A DNA stretch of 63,837 bases, filler included, from Globobulimina sp. (Eukaryota): the NCBI GenBank assembly GCA_003354225.1. It is 26 parts of 26 records of this genome, joined end to end, with 100 filler letters (N's around TTAATTAATTAA, not from the genome) between each part and the next. Parts side by side here need not be neighbours in the genome. Positions count along the whole stretch, not along the records: positions 22,146 to 24,505 come from PIVH01007156.1; positions 24,606 to 26,964 come from PIVH01007157.1; positions 27,065 to 29,423 come from PIVH01007158.1; positions 29,524 to 31,882 come from PIVH01007159.1; positions 31,983 to 34,341 come from PIVH01007160.1; positions 34,442 to 36,800 come from PIVH01007161.1; 20 more parts are not named here. One strand, given 5' to 3'. The position numbers and the translations under genes were made by a program. The notes under the pieces are model-generated. The model ran no database searches. It saw only the letters and a list, made by a program, of their open reading frames with translations, and was not told the origin of the DNA. This document shows positions 22,046 to 34,657 of the stretch, piece after piece (within the stretch, counting starts at the first letter, position 1; every line of letters begins with the position of its first letter).

Positions 22046-22145
22046 NNNNNNNNNNNNNNNNNNNNNNNNNNNNNNNNNNNNNNNNNNNNTTAATTAATTA
22101 ANNNNNNNNNNNNNNNNNNNNNNNNNNNNNNNNNNNNNNNNNNNN

Positions 22146-23172
22146 CTGCTCCAATATCACGCGGTGGTAAACTTCCCATTAACTGTTTTAACATAATCCG
22201 GTTCTCTTTATTCCAGCGCGATTGTACTGGTTTCTCGGAATTAATATTTACATTATTTAGTGAATCACAGTTATTTGAATTTACGTTTTCGTTTTTTTCA
22301 ACTTGTTTGTGTTGAGGAGCTGAATTGTTTGTATTTTCTGGTTCTTTATTATTTTCAGTGATTTGTGTATCTTGAGATGGTTCGACAATTAATGGTGGCA
22401 AAATCGATATATTTTCGTTTGAATTTGTAGTCGATAAATCTTCACTTTTATTGTTGTTGTTGCAATTGATATCAGTGACAATTGCGACTATATCGCCTCT
22501 GCCATTTTGGATGAGGGCATTACCTTCGATGTTTGTAGGTGACTTTTCCATTTTAGCAGACTAGTTAAACTTTGAAAAAAAGAGTGTGTATTTTTGATAT
22601 ATTAAAACGTAATAATTACGCGATCATAATCGGACTGGAGGCAACTCAAAAATCAAAATATTACAACATTAAATTAACAAAAATTAGTTACTTTTTGGAA
22701 ACGTATACGATAATTTGCAATGATTTAATGTGTCAACAATGTCATAGTGACCTGGTCCTATTGTGTTACATTTTGTACGTTTGAATCGCGCCGAACTTCC
22801 AAATGTCCCACCTTTATATACTATTTTTTTCCCGTATGAACATTTGCGAATGATCTTCTTTTTTTTCTTATTACTAAACTTGTGAATATTACATCTTTTT
22901 GGTGCAACATTAGATACAATGGCAATGCCTGTTTTTTTCTGGGGAGTTACTGATTGTTTATTTTCTGATTTTTTGTTTTTAAAAGTTCCGATGTTAATTG
23001 TATCTAAATCTTGATTCGAAGAGGCCGGTGAAATGGGGTTAGGTGTTGATGGTGGAGCTTTTGGAATTGTTTGCTCGTTATTTTCTTTGTGAATGTCATT
23101 ATTTATGGATGGAGGTATTAGAAGTAATTGATTGTTATTATTCAATCTCGATTCAGTTTCATCTGTCAACAT
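22146..23172 (-). CDS. Multi-exon low-complexity protein with a SHIPPO/STPGR-like repeat (3'-truncated)
   Basis: GGTFGSSARF...IGPGHYD in ORF 22684-23172, probably spliced to ORF 22090-22551. Confidence 0.5.
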
Positions 23173-23381
23173 GTTGCTATATCACCAGAATGAACAATTG
23201 TATATTTAATTTATATCATCAAATTCTAAATTTGGAAATGTGTGTATAAAATATCAAAATATTTGCATTCATAATTGGTTTTAAACTTTTAATATTCCAG
23301 AAGAGGGAGAGATGCGTTTTCCTATTTAACATTGATTTTGCTCATCTTTGAAAATCGTATTCCAGACTTCCAGTTAACTCA

Positions 23382-23930
23382 ATGGCAGCTACACCAAACG
23401 TCGTAACCAAAAACACTATAGCTTTTATTGATTTTGAATTTGTAGTCTCAAGTCATGATGATATTACAGAGACAATTATCAATGATTCAATAAGTGATGG
23501 CATGAACACACGTTTAGCCACAGTTAATCTCAGATTCAACGAAAAGGGGTTAAAAATATCACAACTTACAGAAAAAGGTAAAGTGTTTCGGATTAATGGT
23601 TGGCTGCGTTGTGATGAGAGACATAGAGATGAACATTTAAAAGCATTACAAAAAATAATGACTGATAAAACTGTCTCTAAATTGATTGCCACAAAATCAT
23701 CAATAAAAAGCACAAAGATAAAGATTGGACAGTTTTTTTCCAGATTTAGCAATGATTTTGAAACCATGGCGCCATCCTATAAGAATACCCAATCGATCCC
23801 TGACAAATATCTTAAAACTGAATCATTTCGAAGTAACTCGTTGAAACAATATGCACAAGATCTAGATAATGAAAAAGAGAAAGACAAAGACAAAGAAGAA
23901 CAAAAAACAGACGAAAATGAATTGAAGTAA
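23382..23930 (+). CDS. Hypothetical protein, 182 aa
   Basis: Complete ATG-to-stop ORF with natural composition. Confidence 0.6.
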   Translation: MAATPNVVTKNTIAFIDFEFVVSSHDDITETIINDSISDGMNTRLATVNLRFNEKGLKISQLTEKGKVFRINGWLRCDERHRDEHLKALQKIMTDKTVSKLIATKSSIKSTKIKIGQFFSRFSNDFETMAPSYKNTQSIPDKYLKTESFRSNSLKQYAQDLDNEKEKDKDKEEQKTDENELK

Positions 23931-24185
23931 AGTGAAGTTATCGTCATGTTGTTTTAACAATTTTCTTAATGTTCTGTCGTGGTTCTCCCGTTCAAAAAAC
24001 GTTTTTGGGATCGACAATTTTATTCGTCTCAGCAACGATATCAATATGTATAGCTACCACGCCCCTGCAAAAAACTTTAAAAAACTTAGTCAATCTGACT
24101 TAATCACAAAAGAAGTGTTTAGAAGTGTGGACCTAAAAAGTCAATTTGTTGCAATACATAATATTATATTACTTAGTATTTGTTT

Positions 24186-24505
24186 TTATAATCTACAAAT
24201 TTTATATCGAAATTCTTCCTTATTCTTATCACCGCAGCGCCATCCATTAATCTTTAATTGTTGTTGGCAAATACCAAAAAATGTTGAATCAATTTGTTCA
24301 TTTGTTTCTAAAGAAATCTCTTTTAATGGATGCATTTTTATATTAACATATTTTATACATTTTTCAATTACACCAAAAATTGTATCAATATATTCTGCAT
24401 TCTTTGGTATTAATTGATAATCAAATCCGTCATATAACGTAATCCGTTGACATTTGGGAAACAATTTAATCATTGAATCTAATTTTAATATATTTGTATT
24501 ATCCA
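24186..24505 (-). CDS. C-terminal fragment of a hypothetical protein
   Basis: ORF at the contig edge, 5' part missing. Confidence 0.4.
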
Positions 24506-24605
24506 NNNNNNNNNNNNNNNNNNNNNNNNNNNNNNNNNNNNNNNNNNNNTTAATTAATTAANNNNNNNNNNNNNNNNNNNNNNNNNNNNNNNNNNNNNNN
24601 NNNNN

Positions 24606-26610
24606 TGTCAAATATATTTATGCCAAAATTATTTATTTCAAAATCACCATATAATTTTTTACTCTCTTTTGCTAAAATTGATATTTTTTGTGATGATTTA
24701 TCTGAAATATGTTCATTGTATACTTTTAAAAATGCGGATCGAACAGATTCTCGATATTCAGAAACAGATTTTACAAAAAAATATGATTCTGCTAACATAT
24801 GAGAGATACAATATAACCGAAAATATTCGCATGCGATTGGGTGCTGCATCACTGTGGTTAATGACGCAAATTCTGGAATGTTTGCTTTTGTAATATAAAA
24901 TGAATCGATATCTCCAGACTGTTCTAATCGCCGTATTCGGTCAAATATTTCTTCATCTTCAATTAAGACACGTTTTTGCTGAGTAATTTGGATTGAAATG
25001 CATGATTCGCGTGATTTAATTAATGTGTTTCCTGTTTTTTTAGCTAATGGTGCAATGAATGAATTCTTTTTATTCGTGTTCATTGTCCCATGTATTGCCT
25101 CTTCGTTTTGGTTATTATTTACTTTTGCTGTTGGATTTATTAATGAGCTGAAAATATTTCCTAATGTCGATATTGCTGCTTCAATAACATCAGTTTCTAA
25201 CAGTTCTGTAACAATTTTATGTTGATTCTCTAAATCACCACCTAACAAACATATATTTTTTGTAAATTCTTGAACAATTTTCGTCATTTTCTCAATTGGC
25301 CGAACCACTAATTTTGAAATATTGCGTGAAATTGTAAATGCTAAACTTGCAAACAAAAATACAATTAATAATGTAAAACCAATTGCCATTCCATGTTCAA
25401 ACTGCGCCGATTCTGAAATGTTTAATTTTATTTCAACATTATCCTCAGAAAATGTTAACGTTTCTGTATCTCGCAAAAAATCCCCAACTGCAATCTCATT
25501 CGCATTCTTATATTGCGTACCATTAATATCTAAATAATATACATTTTCCCCATCTGGCGAAGCTAAAAATGTATTAATGGTATCATTCAAATATGGTTGC
25601 AATTGATGATTATTATTAAATAAATCTAATGCCAGATACATAGCAGAATAGCTTTCTTCCTCTGTATAATTAAAAATTGGTACTAAACATACCGTTAATA
25701 ATATGCCAGAAACAACATTTCTTGTAATTGAGTCAGCAACGCGTACACCAATCCGACTCGAATGTTTTGTGCGGACTGATTCTTCTTTGCTTAAACTGGC
25801 ATTGCTATTTTCATCAGCTGCACTTTGTTGATTCTTTTGTGTATTTAAAGAAGTTAAGTCTTCGGAATTATCGCTTGTAGCTAGCTGTAAGTCATCCGAT
25901 GCCACAGGTTTCGAGGTAGAAATTCTATGCTGTCTATTAGTACGGTCTCCAAATGAATTTTGTATCATTACTTTAAATTGTCTCAATACCCTCGCTAATC
26001 GAATGAGACGTGTCACCCTGACCCACATCACCATTTTTGATATACGTAATGTCGTTGCTGTACGAGCCGCCCTTCCTGCTCTGCCGCCGCGAGCCACTGT
26101 TAAGTCAGCTTGTGTATATCCAAACAGTTGGTATGTGAATGATATGTCAGCCAATAAGGTTACAGTGCCAACTAAATCTAACCAAAAGAAAAAAGAACCT
26201 GGATATGACAGGTAAACAATTGATTGGCTGATACAGTCTGCTAATAAGAATATAAATATTGTGCACAATGTATATTCTACAATGTCATCAAATTGTGAAT
26301 ATTCTAATGTTCTCGAGAAATCATAAGCAAATAATGCAATGATTACTGCAAATATGGATGTAAGACGATAGAAATCGTTTGTAATATATTTTAATAAATA
26401 GTTTGCTATTTTTACACTGCGAATGTTGCTATTTTTATTGTTTGGATTATAAATATTTGATTTTGTTAAATCAATATCATTATTGTTGTCATCATCTTGT
26501 CTGTGTTGTGCCGTTCCATCCATTTGTTCTGGTATACTACGAAATGGTAAACGCGATTCTGAATCAAATTCATTTTGGCTCTGTGGAACCACTGCATTCG
26601 ATTTAAGCAT
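24606..26610 (-). CDS. Voltage-sensor/ion-transport-like membrane module plus HAMP-like linker plus RGS domain (3'-truncated)
   Basis: SFFFWLDLVGTV; S4-like ARGGRAGRAARTATTLR..VRVTRLIRLARVLR; LVVRPIEKM; LETDVIEAAISTLG; RGS-like SLTTVMQHPIACEYFRLYC..AESYFFVKSVSEY..VYNEHISDKSSQKISI..IFD. Confidence 0.8.
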
Positions 26611-27312
26611 GTTTTGGATTACAATTTATTATCAAATACAACGTCAGTCATAATCATAATCGATATCACGACGTGAATTCCCAGAATTTGAATTCCATAG
26701 AGATTGCTTGTTTGTATAGGATGGTAACTGTTACTATTAAAAAGTTTTAGAGCCAAAATTTTGTTACACTTATTGCAGTGTGGAATAGATCTGCGTTTGT
26801 TGCTGTGCCCTATGCCATGCTATCAAATCCAATTCAATTGGTTCTACATTGCATAACTTTGTTAGTATGCCACTTATTTGTCCTCGATGATGAGTACTAT
26901 GATTAATGACATGCGTTATAACAACATTCTTATTGGCAATATATTGCTTATTTTTCGTGTCATANNNNNNNNNNNNNNNNNNNNNNNNNNNNNNNNNNNN
27001 NNNNNNNNTTAATTAATTAANNNNNNNNNNNNNNNNNNNNNNNNNNNNNNNNNNNNNNNNNNNNGGGTTTTCAATTGCGAACACTGCGAACGAGAAATCG
27101 ATGTGTTTACTAGTCATTGTACAATCCAGTCAGCTATGGGCCCATACCTGATGTCAACCATATGATGAAAGGAGGTAGCAATTCAGGGCTCTGGTCTATC
27201 ATGAGCAAGAGCAGAGCAAGAGCAAAGGAGCAAGAGCAAGGAGCAAGAGCTAAGTACAATTGTGGGGTTTCACAACGAAAAGGATTACTGTAGGTAACAA
27301 TGACGTCATACA

Positions 27313-27870
27313 ATTTGGCGGGAAAATTATTTCGAAACAGCTTTTGGCGGGAAAACGATTGCGAAACAGTTTTTGGCAATGATTTTGAAACAGCTTTTGG
27401 CGGGATTTCGAAACAGGTTTTTGGTGGGAAAACGATTTCGAAACAATTTTTGGCAGGAAAACAATTTCAAAACAGTTTTTGGCCGGAAACTATGAAAGGA
27501 TACTGTAGGAAGACGGCATTTTCTAGCTTGGCAAGAAAAATACTATTCCGAGGCAAACACTATTCTGCGCAACATATTCAAACACTATTATGCGCACCAT
27601 TTTCTCAAAAATGAGCCAAACAAGGTGGGAAAAATTGATGGTCTCAAAGAGAAAACTACCATAAACGCTTTTTATAGCCTCATGGGTTTGGCAGGAAAAA
27701 TAATATTCTGCGCAACATATTCAAACACTATTCTGCGCATTTCTAAATGATACTGACTTGGCGGAAAAATGGGCTTAAAGGAAAACTTAAGTAAACGCCT
27801 CTTTGGATCCTCACGAGTTTTGGTGGGAAACATTCATCCTCATGAGTTTTGCAGGAAACATTTTGCGCAA
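27313..27870. repeat. Degenerate tandem array of TTTTGGCGGGAAA-type units
   Basis: Many tttggcgggaaa/tttggcaggaaa/tttggtgggaaa copies interleaved with tttcgaaacag; a GAGCAA microsatellite lies at ~27203-27250. Confidence 0.8.
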
Positions 27871-28757
27871 CTGATTCAAAACTGTTCTACATATGAGCAA
27901 AATATCATATTTTCCATATTTTGAAATGAGCAGGGAAAGGTAACAGCAGACCAGGCCAGCCGACTGTGAGCACATTTTTTTTGTGCTGATTATATATTGT
28001 AAATATTTTGTAGCACCCGAACTATTAAAGAACAACGAAGCAGCGCAGATAGTCAGAAAACTACTGTACAAGTATTATGATAAAAAAGAGGGGTAGAAGA
28101 AAATCAAAATCTAAATAGCGAAGCTGATTTTTGTTGGTAAATACAAAGCAAATCTTATTTTAAATTTGTAAATAATAAATAAAGAACTTACCATTGGCAA
28201 AGTCTGCTCAACACTAAACAAATTTTAAAAGATTAAAACAGCTGGCAAGATTGCATGGTTGGAACCAAACTTGTTTTCAAAGGCATTAAAAATATAACAG
28301 TACGTCGTCTCTACTTCTATGGCACTAGAGTAAGTGTAATTTCTAAAATCTCTATGGAGTAAACAAAAATTCACCAGTTGAGATGATGGCATCGACAAAT
28401 CCTGTTGCCTGCTCTACAAAATAGTCATGCATGGACAATGACGACTATCATAGACCATTGAATAGATAGAGATACTATAAAATCATTCAGTTATGGCCCA
28501 GATACAGACATTGAAAACCAGGGCATATAGGCAACAACAAATAACAATGCCTATGAGTAAGATAGGAAAATTACAAAAATTATTCACTTCATGGTTGAGA
28601 CATCTGGCATCATAAAGTTACAATGCCTATCTGTATAAATATACAGCAGATATCAACAGACATTCATTCTGTCTCTAATCTATGCTGCTGGCTTAACTAC
28701 CATCAAAGAATTGTTTCTATTTTATAATGTGTGGTTGTGTGTGTATGTGAAAGATAT

Positions 28758-29043
28758 ATGGACTCTCCTTATCAATGTGACAAGTGTGGAAAAAGGTTTG
28801 CAGAGGTGAGTGATGACCAATTCATGTTAATCATTAGTATATTGGCCTGATGACTTCCCGTTTCAATTTTACAAGTATTTATATAGTCAAAACAGTATCC
28901 AATTTTTATTAACAACATGCTGATTTGATGACCTTCAATTGTTACTATTTAGGAAAGCGATATGCAGAAGCATGGTGACAAAGGATCATGTGTACTAGAA
29001 CATACACCAAGCGGGAAGGAGAAGAAGAAAATGGATGTACCAG
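28758..29043 (+). CDS. Two exons (28758-28805, 28953-29043) of a zinc-finger-like protein, probably metazoan
   Basis: MDSPYQCDKCGKRFAE|ESDMQKHGDKGSC; GTGAGT donor, TTTAG acceptor, 147-nt intron. Confidence 0.55.
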
Positions 29044-29723
29044 GTAATAAATTTTTTATGTACACAGGTAGCACAAAAATTTCTTGGTTGTTATTATTTT
29101 AATAAACCATTCCATAATGTAGTAGGGGTACCACAGACACTAACAACAAGAATGAGTAGGTATACAGGCTCAATGTTGTGGTGTGAAAGATTTACAAACC
29201 AAAAAGTTTACATTATCTTGTAGTAATGTAATTGTATGTAAGTAATTGTAGTCTTGCTACAGTATCCCACTACACTACTGAATGAACAGGTTACTATAGT
29301 GTATGCCCTGACACATTGTGGTGTAAAAAATCTACACACTAAAAGACATAGCCTTGTGCAGTAACCTATTAGAATACTATTCATGATGATATGATGATCA
29401 GGCTACTGTATGATATACATTGGNNNNNNNNNNNNNNNNNNNNNNNNNNNNNNNNNNNNNNNNNNNNTTAATTAATTAANNNNNNNNNNNNNNNNNNNNN
29501 NNNNNNNNNNNNNNNNNNNNNNNTTAAAGTAATTTTTTTGATTATTATATCTTTATTATTAATTGAACGTTTCTGATTTTTTATGTCCAATCATTCGTTT
29601 GTTTTAAGCGATTCAAATTGAAAAACTGCGTTTTCGGTCAACAACACCGTGAGTTCAGACATACAAATAACTTGAGACAATTCGAAGTTTGGACAATTTG
29701 CAAAGTTCATGTCTTATTTATAG

Positions 29724-30414
29724 GCTTTGCCGTTCGCAATGTTTATGTACAGAAAGGGATCCACATTTCATGCACCTACTCGTTTGCCTTTACGTTTGAA
29801 CTCAAAAATCCGTTTCAGTCGGATTACCTCTCATGTATGCACTCAGTCTCAATGTGGTGGTAATTCGTTGTCTGGCCGCATTGCAACACAAGAAGATGGT
29901 CGTTTTTTCAAACCCGGTGTCCACTCTCACATACATGGAAAGCATTTTTGTACGTTTGCTGTCTTTTTCTCCCTTTAGTTCATCAAAGTAGTTTACCTTT
30001 TACAGGGACATACACTGATTACATTCGCCATGTCTACGTATTCCATTTTCCCGCAAAACAACCTCAATTTCCATACATAAAAAGCTTAGATGATGACATT
30101 GACAGGTAGTCAACCATTTAACACGTTTTCGTACTGCTGACTAGTATTGTACGTACTTCATACTTCCTGTTTGTTTTAGCTTTTGTTCAAACTTTCACTG
30201 CACTTTTGTTCGTGAAACGACCAATGATACAAATTATTGGGGTGGACAATGTGATCGTTTTGTTATGACACCTGATGGTGATGTTTACCCCACATTGAAC
30301 TGTGCCAAATACGATGAAGATGAAGAATTGTGTTTATTTGGTGTCCAAGGTTTATTTAATCCAGAAAAAATAAAGAGAATTAAAAGAGTAAGATTTGGTG
30401 ATTGGATTTATTGA
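29724..30414 (+). CDS. Last three exons of a hypothetical protein (29724-29949, 30006-30105, 30180-30414)
   Basis: Two GT-AG introns preserve frame: HSHIHGKHFWTYTDYIRHVYVFHFP..DDDIDSFCSNFHC..RVRFGDWIY*. Confidence 0.6.
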
Positions 30415-30789
30415 TGTATTTTATCAAATTCCTGATTGATGTTTGTTTGTTTTTTGATAATTTGTATTTGCCACAATCAGTTTCAGTTAGTTTTGTTTTT
30501 GCCATAGTCATTGTTACTCATTTGCAATTAACAGTAAAATTGTGACCATCATTGCACTATACGTAAATACTTTGGTTACGAAACCGTTAAAAATCGATTG
30601 ACATACTTTTCTATATGTTGACATATTGCGTAATTTAAATGTGTTTAATACTTATGTAGTAATTTACGTTACCAAACGTTACATTTGTAACATTTTGAGT
30701 TGTCTCAACTTATTGATTCCTGATGATGCAATATTTGTCTTGTCTAAACCAACCTTATCTGCAGTTCACATAAGCGAAAGTACCAATAG

Positions 30790-31095
30790 GCGAAGTTTTG
30801 GCCAAATCGGTCCACGGAAACCTGAGTAAAAAATCGCTAAAGTTGAGCTGATCGATATTAGTTAGCGGAAAAGTGAATCGACCGATTCCACAAAATTTGT
30901 ACGCTATTGACGGTACCAGTATGCGAAATTTTGGCCAAATCACCGCAAGGAATCTTGAGTAAAAAATCGCTAAAGTTCCGCTAATCGATGTAGTAGTGCA
31001 AACGTGAATCGACGGATACGTGTAGATTTTACATTAAAAATGATGCTATACTGTGCATATATGTAGATTTTGCATTAAATGATGCTACAGTGTAT
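30790..31095. repeat. Diverged ~133-bp direct repeat plus a ~40-bp duplication
   Basis: ttttggccaaatc..tgagtaaaaaatcgctaaagtt..gtgaatcgac twice; gtagatttt.cattaaa.gatgcta twice. Confidence 0.7.
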
Positions 31096-31210
31096 GTCAA
31101 CATATCTTTCCTGTTTTTGGGATTTAAGAACAATTTGATGGAACAACAAGTGGCCATGAATTCGAATAACAACAGAGTTCGTGTGATCAATGGTATGGTT
31201 CAATTCACAA

Positions 31211-31696
31211 TAGTCAGACCTCTGAGTAAGAGCAACTTCGGTGCAGCCAAAAAATCCTCTTACTCAGAGGTTCCTCTTACATAGAGGCATGGAAAAAGTC
31301 GACTAAAATTTAAATTTTCAGTTCTCCGCATAAAAACGTTGTTTTATAGTTTAGCAGTCTGTTGTTTTGTCATATAAAGCTTTTAGAAGTTCAAAACTTG
31401 GTAATTTAATGTAAACAGTGATTTTTCACACTGAATTACAAAATTTTAAGACTTTTTTCCTCCTCTTACTGAGAGGCACGGCTGAGTCGATTCCTCTTAT
31501 CCAGAGGTACTCTTACTCGGAGGCACTATAACACTATAAAATGCTTTTTGGGACAGCAAAAAATTGCTCTTACTCCAAGGTTAGAGGTCTCTTACTCAGG
31601 GGTAGTATACTGTGTAAATATGCTTGTACATGGAGAATTTTGCTCTTATCCAGAGGATCCTCTTTCCCGGAGGCCTCTTACTCAGAGGTCTGACTG
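31211..31696. mobile_element. Non-autonomous Tc1/mariner-pogo-like MITE, ~490 bp
   Basis: 21-bp perfect TIR agtcagacctctgagtaagag (31212-31232 / 31675-31695); right end ..GACTG followed by TA; about ten internal CCTCTTACTCAGAGG-like subrepeats. Confidence 0.8.
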
Positions 31697-31998
31697 TAAC
31701 ACCTTTAATAATGGTCGGATTTAGCTGAAATTTGTTGTGGGGGTACTTGCGACATATACGATCCCAACACACGTCGGTTTTGGTCCGACGATTCCAGAAT
31801 CGCGGGGTCCCAAAGTAAAACTGGAATGACTGCGAGTAACTGCGTAACAGTACAGGGAAAACGCGATTGCATAGTTACACAANNNNNNNNNNNNNNNNNN
31901 NNNNNNNNNNNNNNNNNNNNNNNNNNTTAATTAATTAANNNNNNNNNNNNNNNNNNNNNNNNNNNNNNNNNNNNNNNNNNNNTTTTCGACAATATATC

Positions 31999-34341
31999 TT
32001 GGATAAAAACACAAAACCACCTCTTGATATGCTGACAGTTACTGGTATATTGAATGAATATCATTTTGATACCTTTGCTACAAAAAATACTGAAAATGAA
32101 AATAAAAATGAATTAATTTGTGTGAATTACTGTTTTGCAAGAAACAAATTGCCTGCTTTTTATGCCTGTGATAATTATATTTGCGTTGAAATGGATTTAA
32201 AGAACCTATACAATGATTGGAACAGACCAAAATTGAATGTTGTTATTATTTTGGATATAAGTAAATCAATGAAGAATTTATTCAATTTTTTAGAGAAAAC
32301 AAAGAGTAAAATGGATATTACAAAATATATTTTGGGCGAATTATTAAAAAACAAAATAAATAAATATGATAGATTCGGTTTGATTGTATTTAATAATAAT
32401 AATATTCATAATATTCAAACATTACAATTTATGCGTGATGTCGATCTAAATGCGTTACAAGAAAATATAAATACAATTAAAGCAAATGATGCAGATACAA
32501 ATACAGATAAAAGTGATGTATGTAATGCATATAATGCAGGAATTGAGTTATTTAATGATGCAATAAAAGAAAATAAAAACAATGAATATCAACATCGAAT
32601 CATCTTTTTATCAGATTGCGATGCCATCGGTGTTAATAATGATAATTTAATGGAATTAAATCTCGAAAATAGTTTAAAACGCAATATATATTCTTCATTT
32701 GTTGGTATTGGATTAGAATTTGATGAAGAATTTATTGAATATATCTATAAATGCAAAGGTTGTAATTATTTAACTGTACATTGTGAAAAGGAATATATTA
32801 AGAAAATGTATAATGATTTTGATTTAATGGCAACGCCAATTGCATTCAATGTGTCTGTGCAATTAATATCAAATTATAATTCCCGTGTAATTGATAGTAT
32901 TTATACCTATGGAATCAAAGACATTGGAACTAATAATAACGGAGAAATTATGCATATTGGAACGTTATTTGCTGGCAATAAACAATCAAAAAAACGCTTT
33001 GTCGTTGTTAAATTACGTGAAGCAAAGGACGATAGTTATGATGCTCCAGTGACATATAATGATTTTAAGATTGAACATAGATTAAAATATGAATATGACA
33101 TTGAATATGAATTTGATGTTTGCAATATTCCCTATACTGAGTCAGCAATGTCAATTGAAGAATTAATGGAACATTATACAATTAAGAGGGAGTGGACCGA
33201 TGATCATCATAAATTAATTACCTTTTTACATGAGAATAAGATTTATAATACATTTGATTTGACCGATAATCAAAATATAAATAAAATTAAGAAGATATTG
33301 TCCATAAAGGCATCAAATGGTGATATTGGAGCTAAAAAAATAGAAATAAAATTGCAACATTTTATGAATTTTATATCACCGCTAATTAACCGATTTAAGA
33401 AGAATAATTTCTCAAATAACAAAGTAAAAGCATCAGTTGAAAGTAGTCGGTTTGCAATATTATTACAAAAATATATTAATACGTTGTTATTGTCGAAAAA
33501 ACAAAAAAATCCATCATTAAAACAATCCAATTCAAGCCAAATAAATATCAAATATCAAGAAACAAAAGAGGCAGAAATGAAAGAGACAAAGGATGTATAT
33601 TATAATTTGGAAATGATTATAAAATACGAAGATAATAAATATAATACACATAACATTAAAAAACGAATAAATGTAAACATAAAAGACCAAAATGAATATT
33701 TTGCGAATAAATCGATACAAAAAGTAATTTTATTATTAAATTATTTAAAAATGTGCAAAGTATGGATTCATGATACTAACAATAATAATTTTGATAAAAC
33801 TACGTTTGAATATTTAGAAACAAACTTTATACCATATTTCAAATCGGAAATAAATAAAATTGGTTGCGATATAGAAACGAATGATAATTTATTGCAAGAA
33901 ATTGAAATTTTACAGAAAATGGTCACAATTTCAAAAAATAAAGAAAATAAAATGAAAATAAATGAAATCTTTAATAAAAATAAAGATATGCATATGAACC
34001 AACAAATGATTTTATCATATAATCCATTGCAATGTTTATGTTTAAGCAGTTCGTCAATGAAACATATTCTTAATCCAACCGATATTTATAATAATGCATT
34101 TTATCAAGGTTTAATTTCTTGCGATTATAATATTTGCAAACTAATACCAAATTATTTAGACTCACCTGATCCATTAATAGCAATTTATAATTTGAGTAAA
34201 CATAATAAGAAACATAGTATTATATTAGTACCAATTTATATTAATTTAAATCCACAATTTCTAAAAACAAAATGTATATTAATTGCACATGAAATTGAAG
34301 CATTAACGCCGCATCAAACTATGTTTTATTATCATGATTAT
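31999..34341 (+). CDS. von Willebrand factor A domain protein, internal fragment
   Basis: LNVVIILDISKSM (MIDAS DxSxS), DRFGLIVFN, RIIFLSD, SFVGIGLEFD. Confidence 0.85.
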
Positions 34342-34657
34342 NNNNNNNNNNNNNNNNNNNNNNNNNNNNNNNNNNNNNNNNNNNNTTAATTAATTAANNN
34401 NNNNNNNNNNNNNNNNNNNNNNNNNNNNNNNNNNNNNNNNNGCATAGATTTACTTTACATTTTGATATCGGATATCTGGCTGGCGAACAAATGGCTGATT
34501 TTGATTACAATCCATATTTAGATGCTATGTTTTTAGCTGTCGATGATGCCTCATATCTATTATTCCAAAATAATTAAAAACTTAACTCAGATGAAATATT
34601 TCCTTGCATTCGCACTTAAACTTTTCTACATTTTCTTATTATACTAACACTTGAAAC

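Noticed and set aside
27300-27614. 104-aa repetitive protein
   Set aside because: Translation of the TTTTGGCGGGAAA array; unit lengths do not keep a frame.
31250-31690. CRISPR-like palindromic repeats with spacers
   Set aside because: Repeats are only ~15 bp, degenerate and irregularly spaced, and are bounded by TIRs; a MITE explains them.
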